In this document: in pieces, positions 39,693-50,955 of the stretch | Numbering within the stretch: position 1 is the stretch's first letter | How the letters are laid out: each line of letters begins with the position of its first letter | Source of the DNA: Octopus sinensis | Lineage: Eukaryota | Direction: 5' to 3' | NCBI RefSeq assembly: GCF_006345805.1 | Contig: NC_042997.1 | Location: 119,226,001 to 119,290,000 of the forward strand | Length of the DNA stretch: 64,000 nt | The notes under the pieces: generated by a model | The model's database searches: none | What the model saw: only the letters and a program-made list of their open reading frames with translations | Told to the model about the DNA's origin: nothing | Program-made: the position numbers and the translations under genes

Positions 39693-40244
39693 TATGTTTA
39701 TGGTAATACGATTCCTGCAATGTTGCTGAAACATTTTCCATATCATGCACATGATAATGCACCCATGCCAGAGTTGGAGAAAATGAAGTTTTAGATTCTC
39801 GAAACCATCCAGATAACCATCACCTCTCATATCTTCTATTTTTTCTTGTGATCAGTCTTTGCATTGCTTCAATTTCCCTGTATCAAGACCACACACAGGT
39901 ACACACACACATACACTCATACGTATATGCTGACACGTATACACATACATAGGTATTATATGTCTATACACACCCGTCACAAAGCGCATGTGCCTTTAAT
40001 GTTTAAACCGGCAAAATTGTTTTAATTATTTTTCAGGTTGTTCACAATTATATATCGACATTTTGGAAATTGATAAACAACGGCCGATAGGATAATTGCC
40101 AGACGGGAGTAATTTCTTATGGAGACATCCATGTTATCAGCAATCAAGTTTGTAGTCCATTGACTGACATTTGTAATCGAATGACCTATCACAAATAATA
40201 GAAAGTAACGGAAGTCGAATTCGAACCATATGAGACACTTACTC

Positions 40245-40464
40245 ATTTACTATTTTACTATTTTACTTGTTTCAGTCATTTGACTGAGGTCATGCTGGAG
40301 CACCGCCTTTAGTCGAGCAAATCGACCCCAGGAGTTATTCATTATAAGCCTAGTACTTATCCTATCGGGCTCCTTTTACCGAACCGCTAGGTTACGGGAC
40401 GTAAACACATCAGCATCGGTTGTCAAGCGATGTTGGGGGGACAAACACATAAACGCAAACATAT
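40245..40464 (-). mobile_element. SINE family 3, 3' half (split by the LINE)
   Basis: Matches 38920-39126. Confidence 0.85.
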
Positions 40465-40494
40465 AGTCATTGTAAGCTGAGACGATAAGACGTG
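40465..40494 (+). promoter_or_regulatory. putative internal Pol II promoter (Inr-like AGTCATT + DPE-like AGACGTG)
   Basis: Motif pair at the exact 5' boundary, resembling jockey/I-group internal promoters (inference). Confidence 0.5.
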
Positions 40495-40918
40495 TTTTTA
40501 CTCCTCTCTGCGCCGGTCAGCAGCAAGCTTCACAGCTACATTCGTCGTAATTGACCATCACATATATTCCTGTATATTTGAAACCACGCTTTTTCCCAAC
40601 TCGTGAGTAGACTTTTCCTTAACCACAAACTATTTTCATAATTTTCAAACGACCAAATATTTTCAAACACCTTCTGATAACTAAAGGATCACCCACACAT
40701 TAAAAATTAGAAAAAGAGGGGAAAAAAAAAAAGAAAAGAAAAGAAAGATAAAAAACTACAAGCTCATAATTCAAATACAAACTTCTCAGTATTACAACAA
40801 ACATTCTGTACAATCAATTCTACATACTTCTCCTTAAAAAAAAAAAAAAATAATAATAATTAAAAGTAATCAACAAAACGAACGAACAAAATAAATTTAA
40901 TAAAACATATCAACCAGA

Positions 40919-42144
40919 ATGGCTAGCCCCCAAAAATCCAACAAAAACTGGTCTGATAATGAAGTCGACGTTCTTATCAACACATGGCATGGCCTTACCG
41001 AAACAGAGAGCATAGGTGCTTCGTGTCTGAACGAAATTGCCAACGAACAGTTCACCATTTGCAAACTCGATCTGAACAGCAGATCCAAAATAAATTAAAA
41101 CAAATCGAAGTTGCTTTTAAATTAATAAATAAACACTTCGATAAACTGAGATGTGTTTTCTCTTCGAACGCATCACCAGCGCAACAACACAACAACAACT
41201 CAACAACAACAACTCAGCAGCAACAACAACAACAACAGCTACAGCAACAACAACAACTTCAGCAGCAACAACCTCAGAGGCAACAACAACAACCTCAACA
41301 ACAACAACAGGATGAACCACTCCTTGATTCATCTACAATGGCCGATTTGCTAAATGAAACGATTGACCCCCCAGTCATCAGGGTCACACAGCAGGAAGCA
41401 CCACCCCTTCCTTTCACTGCCCCAGCAGCTCAATCATCATCATTGTCAACACCATCTCCTCTGCTTACTACTACTAGTACTACTCCCACTATATATCGAC
41501 AAACATCTTTGTCTTGGAATCGACCTCCTCAATCATTACCACTGTCAACATCTCTTCTACCTACTACTACTACTACTACTACAGCTACTACTACTAATGC
41601 TATCTCAAGGAATTTACCTCCTACAGGTCACAAAGGTCGCCAAAACTTCAACAAACTATCATCTACACCTTTCACAGCTCACACACACACACGCACCTAC
41701 ACACCCACTCGAAACCCCATCATTTGCCGATATTCTCTTCGCCATAGACTGTGCACTGATAGAGACTGCAAATTCACCCATTTACCTGGAACAAAACGCT
41801 CTATCCCCACAAACTACAACAGCAACCACCATAATACAACATCACCACAACCACCAATATCTCAAACAAGGAATCCCCAAATCTGCCGCTATTCCCAGCG
41901 AGACAGATTGTGCTTGCACAGGGATTGCCCCTTTACCCATCTCCCGGGGACTCGTCGGACATTTAAAGATAACCACTCACATAAAAATAGCCGCGGCCAC
42001 AGTCACCTGCGGTTCCCTAGACAGGAAACCACCTCTTCTTCCTCTTTTTTAGCTATAATGAATCTAGCAAAAGAACTGGAAAAAAACATCCGAGCTATCA
42101 CCCACCGCCATCCACCACTATTACCCCACTACACATGCCATTAA
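40919..42144 (+). pseudogene. LINE ORF1: Myb/SANT-like trihelix, polyQ, Ser/Thr/Pro linker, two CCCH fingers; one frameshift
   Basis: ATG at 40919 gives WSDNEVDVLINTW; after a frame change near 40990, RSEQQIQNKLKQIE..HFDKLRCVF. C-x8-C-x4-C-x3-H at 41725-41781 and 41884-41940. Confidence 0.75.
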
Positions 42145-45142
42145 AAAGCAATCAAATAAACAAATCACCAAAACAATTAAAACCATCCACTCTCGCCTCA
42201 ACATTTCTGCTTAATGCCCAAGGCATCAGCCCTTCCACCAATACACAAAAATGGAAGATAAGATTCCTGGAGGACTGGGTCGAGGCCCATCCAAACCACA
42301 TCCCTTTCTTCGTCCTCACTGAAACCCATCTTAGTGACCTCCACTTGGAAGCCGAGGTGAAAGTTAAAAATTTCAAAACCATTCGTGCTGATCGTGTTGG
42401 CAGAAGAAAGGGTGGGACTGCCATTTATGTCCATGATTCATTCTCAACAGAAGCCATGAACATATTTTCGAATGGATACTGCGAAGCAGTCGCTGTATTC
42501 AGTCAAACCAACAACTTAACAGTAGTTGGGCTCTACAGACCACCCCAAACGCCCCTACCATGCTTCAAGGAATGCCTCAACAGCATAAAGTGTTTCATTC
42601 AGCAGTGTCAACCTGACAACATTTTAATGATGGGAGATTTCAACCTTCCCGGGGTTGACTGGTCTACAAACAGTCTGCCGCCAGGTTCTTCTCTCTCAAC
42701 CCCTGACAGGGAGGCAGTGGAATCGCTTCTTGACTTCATGGATGACTTCTTCTTGTCCCAACTGGTACTCGAACCAACGAGATGTCACAAAAACGTCTTA
42801 GACTTAATTTTCAGCAATCACACTGATACTATCCACAATATTGCAGTGGAGAAAACCCTACTCTCCGACCATGACATGGTTCTCTGTGATCTGACTGGCC
42901 AAAATGCAAAACAAATGTCATCCCTCCTGTTCATCCATTTGACACTATGGATTTCCACAATGCAAACTGGGAAGCGATCAATAATGATCTTGCACAAGTC
43001 GATTGGTCCTTCACGCACACATACACACCCACTAACATCGAAAAGTCCTGGCAGTCACTTGTAGACACCATCACGAACATATGTGCAAGACACACCCCAT
43101 TAAGATCTGCAAACAAATCTAAGTGTCGAATCCCTAGAAATAGAAAATCTCTCATAAGGAAAATTAAAAGAATCAACAAAAAGATCAACATGCTGAAATA
43201 CTGTCAACAGCAACACACCAACCTGACTGCCATCTCGTCGCTAGAGATTAAAAAACATAAACTCCAAAACAACATGATGTCTATCATCAATAGTCAGCGA
43301 AGAGCTGAAGAGGCCTGGGCCATTGAGAAGATCAAACTCAATCCCAAAGTGTTCTTTTCATTTGCAAAAAAACACAGAGTCACTGGTTCTACTGTTGGCC
43401 CTCTGATGATGATGAAAATGGTACTCTTCAAGACAATGCCAAAACCATGGGAGAAATATTGCAGAAACAATATTGCTCTGTTTTCAGCAATCCTGATATG
43501 ACTGATCTGGGCTGTATCAGTGATGTTACTCCCCAATACACTTTATCGGACATAACATTTGGCGCTCCTGATGTCTTAGCAGCAATAAAGGAAATGAAGC
43601 ATAATTCAGCAGTAGGTCCCGATAGGTTCCCTGCTTGTGTCTTGAAGATGTGTCAAAACCAACTTGCACCCCCTCTAGCCAATCTGTGGCGGAACTCATT
43701 GGATGCTGGATATATACCAGAAGACCTTCTATCCCAGTCTGTTGTCCCAGTTTTCAAAAAAGGAAACAAATCGCTTGCCGTGAATTACCGTCCAATCTCA
43801 CTCACCTCTCATATCATCAAGGTATTTGAGAGGGTGCTGAGATCGCGTATGACTCACTTCCTTGAGAGTCATAATATGCTGAACCCCAACCAGCATGGAT
43901 TCCGTAATGGGAGAGATTGCCTGACGCAGCTACTGCATCATTTTGATGACATTTTGAGAGCCTTGGGAGAGGGTTCCAACACTGATGTCATCTACCTTGA
44001 TTTCAGCAAGGCCTTTGACAGGGTTGATCATAAGATCCTTCTGAGAAAGCTGTCCAATATTGGTGTCACTGGAAAGCTGCTGCAATGGATCAAGTGCTTC
44101 CTCTCTAACAGAACCCAACATGTTGTAGTCGAAGGAGTCAAATCCAGCCCAGCCAAAGTCAGCAGTGGTGTCCCACAAGGCACTGTGTTGGGCCCACTTC
44201 TCTTCATCATCTACATAAATGATATTACTGACACCATCAAACACAGCAACATCAGAACCTTCGCTGATGATTCCAAGCTCCAGAAGGTCATCAATGGCGT
44301 GGATGACCGAATAAACCTTCAGTCAGACCTACTGGCTGTTGTCCAATGGGCGGAAAAGATAACATGTTGCTAAATGAAGACAAATTCGAACTGATCCACT
44401 TTGGAAGGGAGGACGCTCTGAAACTCCCATACTCTCTCCTTCTGGAGAAATTCTCATGGCATCCAACAACATCAGAGACCTGGGAGTAACAGTGGACAAC
44501 AACATAAGCTGGCTACACATATAAGCAGCAAAGTTGACATGGCCCGCAGAATGTGTTCCTGGATTCTCAGAACCTTCCAGTCGAGAGATTCCCACGCTAT
44601 TATCCTTCTCTTCTCCACTTTTGCCCGACCCCACCTTGAATACTGCTGTCCACTGTGGTCTCCCTACACAAAACAAAATATTATGAGAATTGAAGCTCCC
44701 CAAAGGTCAATCACAAAAAAGATAGATGGCATGTCAGACCTTGACTACTGGGGTAGACTAGAGAAGCTGAAATTGTATTCACTCAACACGCCGTGAACGC
44801 TACATTATCTGTATGATGTGGAAAATATTCCATCAGCACTGTCCGAATGATGTTGGCATCACCTTCAAAATGCATCCAAGGCTTGGACCACATGCCATCC
44901 GTCCACAACAAAAATCTAAATCGCATCACATAACGACAATACGGCACAACTATTTCACCTCAATTGGACCCGCTCTCTTCAACATTACACCAGGACACGT
45001 CAAAAAAGAAACTGACCACACAAAATTCAAGAAGTCTTTGGACAAATTCCTTCAAACAGTACCGGACAAACCACCCACACCCGGATATGTCTCCGCAAAC
45101 AATAACTCTCTGCTCGAATGGGCCTTGGTGCCCAAATCCTGA
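42135..45142 (+). pseudogene. LINE ORF2: AP endonuclease + reverse transcriptase, frameshifted
   Basis: LNAQG, LTETHL, GDFNLP, LDLIF, SDHD (APE). NYRPISLTS, QHGFR, YLDFSKAFD, PQGTVLGPLLF, FADD (RT). Six frame changes, no in-frame nonsense codon in the reconstruction. Confidence 0.95.
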
Positions 45143-45230
45143 ACTGAAAGACTTCGCCAGGTGGTGCTATTAAGTTAGACATGGCCTGGGCCAATACTGG
45201 CCAAAAACCTTTCTAAGTTATTCTAAGTTA

Positions 45231-45532
45231 TATATACACATACATACATACATACATATAATATATATATATATTATATATATATATATTATATATATAT
45301 ATATTATATATATATATATATATACATACATATATATACACATACATATATATATATATACATATATACGACGGGCTTCTTTCAATTTCCGTCTACCAAA
45401 TCCAATCACAAAGCTTTGGTCGGCCCGAGGCTATAGTAGAAGGCACTTGCCCAAGAACCCACGCAGTCGGACTGAACCCGGAACCATGTCGCTCGTAAAC
45501 AAGCAACTTACCACACAGTCACTCCTACGCCC
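45231..45532 (-). mobile_element. SINE family 3, 5' half with TA tract (split by the LINE)
   Basis: Head ggcgtaggagtgactgtgtggtaag at 45532 downward and core ending gcccgtcgtata; complements 40245-40464. Confidence 0.85.
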
Positions 45533-46165
45533 ACCTCTTGTTCAGAATTTGGAAATAATTACATTACTGCAAACCGTTTAGTACTGTCTTGTAAACTTTC
45601 TTACAATTTCCCATACTTAGAACCACAAATATTTATATATATATTCGATAGCATTTATGTTTTAGCGGTTCTGTTTATAGGTTTCTTAATATATCGATCT
45701 GTTTCCGTTAAATGTTATGATTTTAGTTTGATTGCAATTGTAAAAGTATGTAGTGTGCTTCTCTCTATGTAGAAACAGCATCGTAGGATAATCCTAATAT
45801 TGGACATACACTTTATTTGCATTCCCCCTATCCTTACGATATTTATCATCGAGGCTATTAAAATATTGAATTTTCTCTTTGATATAATATTACTTCTCGT
45901 GTATCATCACATTTAATGTTTCTGTTTCCACTCTCTATAGTGTTGCATAACACTGCGAAGCAATTATTAAAGGAATCATCTATACGAACAAATACAATAT
46001 TGATTGAGGCCTTCCCAGAATAATCTCATCGGAAAGCAAAAGGAACTATAATCAAAATACACACATACATACATATATATACACATACATATATATATAT
46101 ATTATATATATATATATATATAATATATAATATATATATACATATATATATATATATACATATAT

Positions 46166-46206
<41 letters not shown>

Positions 46207-46240
46207 TATATACATATATATAATATATATATATATATAT

Positions 46241-46274
<34 letters not shown>

Positions 46275-46996
46275 ATATGTGTGTGTGTGGTGTGTCTGTG
46301 TGTGTGTGCGCGCGTGTCTATATTTATATGTGTGTGATTACTCAATTGCAAGCTTTCCAGTTTTCATAGCAATTATACGCAAGAGTTGAAATATTTTTTT
46401 TTAAGATTAAAGTAAATTGGTTAATAAAATCACTTACATTTCATTGATCTCATTTTGAATGGAATAAATCTAACTTAAAATAGCCACATTTGCAGAGTAA
46501 AATATTACTCTTTTCGGACAATGTAAATAGTGTTGTGAATAAGTCTTGAAATAAGTTAGCCAGAAATGATGAATGAAAAGATGAAAAGATATTGGAGAGA
46601 AACGCAGCGATATATTTGGATAATATCTCAAAGTGTGCTTCGAAAGAGCAGTGATAAAATGTGTAGAATGCAAAGCTAGTTGTTGAAATTTGAGTTCATA
46701 TGAATGATTTGTTGTGTAAATGTTAGTTAACAGGTCATATGCATAACCTTTGGTAGGAATATGGCGACTGGAGTTGAATGCCAAATGATCCGTGACTATA
46801 AGGTCAATAGAACTGTCTTATTTGCAATCTGTTATGAGAGGCTCCTTCAAGTTAATCTAATAGTATAGTAATTCTTTAAGATAATGTAATAAATCACAAT
46901 AACACTGTTATTTAAGCTCTTGTCATAGTTAATGTATATATATATATATATATATATGCATACATATATAAGCATACACACACACACACACATATG

Positions 46997-47037
<41 letters not shown>

Positions 47038-47102
47038 TCTCCCATCCACCCACTCACACATACACACATGTGCGCACACACACAGAAATGCACGCACAGA
47101 GT

Positions 47103-47145
<43 letters not shown>

Positions 47146-47541
47146 GTATATATTTCAGATTGTCGGTGGTAAATTTTTGAACGTCTATTATAATTCATAG
47201 TTATGTGGCAGGGAATTGATAAATTTCATTAGATGAAGATACGAGAAGAAAGAAATATTTAGTTGACATGCCCGAAATGTAAACATCTTCATTGTGGGAA
47301 AATTTATCTTCCTTATTGATACTAAACATGAGAACCCTAGATATCTGTACATTTTTTTGCTAGAAATGGAAATGCCATTAGCATGCGCTTTAACAAGAAA
47401 TATTCATGAGATATATCGTGCTTATCACTACATTCATACACATATGGAGTTACAAGTTTGTTATCAAATATTTCTAACGTAATTTGGTGTGGTTTTCTCA
47501 ATTTATCATTCCTAAAATAGTTATTTGTTTGGCAAATATTA

Positions 47542-47798
47542 AAAAATAAATAATAAACATGCCTTTTTAAAGCCTAGCCACGCTCATGGGCCCGGTTTCT
47601 ATGGCGAATGTGTTCCCCAGCTGGAGGGGACGCCAGTGCATCGCAACGTTACTCTTTTTTGCCAGCTGAGTGGACTGGAGCAACGTGAAATGAAGTGTTT
47701 TGCTCAAGAACACAACGCGTCGCCCGGTCCAGGAATCGAAACCACAATCTCACGATCATGGTGCTGACAACCTAACCACTAAGCCACGCGCCTCCACA
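47542..47798 (-). mobile_element. tRNA-derived SINE family 4 with 12-bp TSD
   Basis: Head gtggaggcgcgtggcttagtggttagg..ggtttcgattcc. TSD tggcaaatatta at 47530-47541 and 47799-47810. Confidence 0.9.
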
Positions 47799-49004
47799 TG
47801 GCAAATATTACATTCACTTAAATGCAACTTGTTTGTTTTTCTTCGGCGCAGATTTCTTCTCTAAATCATGTCCATCGCAGCATCTTGGAAGTTGCTTTAT
47901 CCCACCTGTAGTTTTCAAGTCAGCTGGATCAAATGGGTGAATGTACTTGTTAAATTTGAAATATTGTACGGAGTTTGCAAACAGAAATCTTGATGACAGG
48001 GACGAACATCAAGACAGCTTTATTGCTCTGGATCAAAAATATATCATTTGTCAAATTTTATTGGAGAAATTAACACAGCATTTATAGTGGTCATTCCGAA
48101 AGTAGGAAAAAAAATTACAAATGACATAGCTGTCAACAAGTGTTGAATAAGTACAGAGATGTTGAAAATATGGTTCATAAATGAAAAATGTAAGAATGTA
48201 TTCGATGAGAATTGATCATGGTGTTAAGTGAAATCCGAAGAGAAAGACGTATATAAAAGTTTTATGGGTAAAGTAGATCGATTATAAGATGCCTTGTTTA
48301 TTGGCCATGCGTTTTAAGAGTGGAAGTACTATCAAGACTTATTGTCTTGTTGCATTTTTTACAAATGTTTTGTAACCCAAGGTGCGTCCTGATCGAACAA
48401 ACCTGGGAACAAAAGCATCTTATACATGACAATTTAATGCTTTTTCTTATCAGAGAAGATTTAGTTTGGTTTCATAACTGTATCACGTATATAGAAGGTT
48501 ATTTGCCTGCTGTTTCAGATCGACAAGTAGCAGAGAAGAGCGGGTGCAGAGATTCCATATATAGATATCAGATACGTTGACGCACAAGGATCAGTGAATT
48601 ATGTGATGTAGAGGAAAAAGATGGCATGTATGCAATTGCATTAAGGTGTTAGAATGAAATGCATTGAATCATAACTGAGAATAAACAAGGATCATGATTC
48701 GGCATAGAGATATTTTCAATAGAAAACAACAGACCCATCTTCAACTATGCACGTGACCTATCAGCACTAGAGTACAATTGTTCAGATCAATACATATGTT
48801 TAACCTCTCATTGTTTTGTTTTCATAATGTGCTAGTGTATCGCAACATACTTACGGTGTAGTATAGTAAGAAAACAGCGTAGCGCAGTTATCAGGACAGG
48901 TTAAAAAGGTAAAGGAGTAGAATGAAATACTGTAACTGAATAAAGAGACAGAAAGCTAGAACCTCGATGTGGTGGGTAACATGTGATAGCCTTGTCACTT
49001 TTTG

Positions 49005-49260
49005 TTAGGTGAGCACTTCCGGGTCAAGATCCTTCATCAGACGTTCTTCGCCGCATCTGCTTTTTATGGTGGTCATTGGTGGTCATCGCTGGTGCTGATT
49101 AAAGCCTCTGGAATCAGTATATGTACTTACAGCCATAGAGCCCATTCCCGCGGTTAGGACTGTGTGTTTTCTTCCACATGAAGTCTACCTCCTTAATCTG
49201 ATATTGAGTGTATCTTCCCCCTCAATGCCACTTCTCTAGTAATCGGGATGAAGACCAGGA
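49005..49260 (-). mobile_element. old Penelope-like 3' end (GIY-YIG tail + decayed hammerhead)
   Basis: QIKEVDFMWKKTHSPNRGNGL (cf. RxIKEAIxI..LNRDxG), then CTGATGA aggatcttgacccggaa. Confidence 0.35.
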
Positions 49261-50866
49261 ATAAGATATGAGTTCAGTTTTCTAATACGCTTTGAACACT
49301 AGCAGCAACGCAGCAGCAAGTTTCTACTACTCAACATGCAAATGCAGCAATCATATAAACATTAAGATAAAGGGAACATCGAATCAATATGATGAATCAC
49401 AATCAGTTCAAAAGCTGAACATGTAGAAGTACACAATTCTAAACCCTATGTATCCTTAAACCATAAATTGTTTTACAAATATCATTTCACGCAGTCTTGT
49501 GTGAACATAGCTTCTGGAATAATTGAATAGTAAATAATGAATGCTCTCTTCTGTAGTGATAGGATATATTTTAAAGTTTAAGATATTTATATTATTCATA
49601 ACGGATGTCGTGCATTATGTAAATTCGTTACATTTGAGAAAATGTATTTTCTTACATCTCCTCCAACCCTCTACCCGTATATATTTAAATCTACAATCAA
49701 TAACTGTAACTCGATCAAAATTAGATAACTTCGAAGATCTTCGGCCATTTTCTCATATTTTAACATAATCATAATGAACAAGGTGGTTATTTTAGCTATA
49801 ACTCACAACCTATAGGAATGAAATTATATGTTATTATATAGACAACCATAATCCTATTCTACTTACCGTTGTGTTTGTTTAGTTCGGTCATTATTGATTT
49901 TAAGAACGTTCTGGAGACGATAAAAGTTTGCTACAAATCTTAATGATATTGATTTCCATAAGTTCGGTAGGAAGGAATAAAGGTCGACCAGTACATTATT
50001 TTCAGTTCGACATGAAGAGAATATCATTTGAAACGAAATCACTGTTAACTCTGATAGAGTACCGAACCCCGTGTATGTCATTATTTCCTCATATCTCGCT
50101 TCTTTTTAAAGCTTGTTTTTAAATTTAGGAAAATGTCGATACATAACATCTATTAATAATTTTTCATCCATTACTATATTTTTTTTTTGGAATACTCTAT
50201 TTGTAAACGGCATCTGAAATGTTGAATACTACCTACAAAGCCGATGAATTTTACATATATATTTGAAGTAAAGTATTATCATAATACCTACATTCAGTAG
50301 CCGCTTTAGAATAAATATACATCATTTGCTCTTTATAAGTTGATATTACTAAATCCTGGTAGAGTTTTGACAGCCAAACATCAGAACATTTTGTGCCTTC
50401 GCCAATTTAATTTCACCAGACAGAGAAACTTTGGCAACAAGTTGTTAAAAGAAACTTCTGAAACCTATAATTATTAACAGAAGCTAAATTGAACTCAATT
50501 TATATCGTTCTAGACTTTTTCGATTATAAAATATTCATAAATTTGGATACAAAATCAAATTAGAAATTACAAGTTCAGATGTTGGGCAGAGGATATATTT
50601 TTAGGTTTATCGCTTATTCGTCCGTCATATTCAATGAAAGTCTAATAACATATATTAAGCTTTGTATTTGGCCATGCTTGAACACAAATATCTATAATAT
50701 CAATATATAAATATTAACATGTTCTGAGTGGTATAAAGACAAAAGGATTCAGAAAGACTTCGTAACATATGTGTGTATGTGTGTATGTTAATTCTGTTAA
50801 GAGTGTAGTAGAGCACAGTATAAAGCTCATCCACCTTCTCATTTCACCCTGTATTATCCAGTAGTA

Positions 50867-50955
50867 GTGGAGACGCAATGGCCCAGTAGTTAGGACAGCG
50901 GACACGCGGTCGTAGGATCGTGGTTTCGATTCCCAGACCGGGCGTTGTGAGTGTT
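50867..50955 (+). mobile_element. SINE family 2 head
   Basis: Matches 9336-9425. Confidence 0.85.

Larger units (their letters stand above)
40465..45230 (+). mobile_element. full-length CR1-group LINE, family A
   Basis: 5' agtcatt..agacgtg, 5' UTR, ORF1, ORF2 (APE + RT), tail (ttctaagtta)x2. Inserted into the TA tract of a SINE. Confidence 0.93.

Noticed and set aside
41354-42052. 232-aa alternative-frame ORF inside ORF1
   Set aside because: A by-product of low-complexity Thr/Ser/Pro codons; the conserved CCCH motifs are in the other frame.
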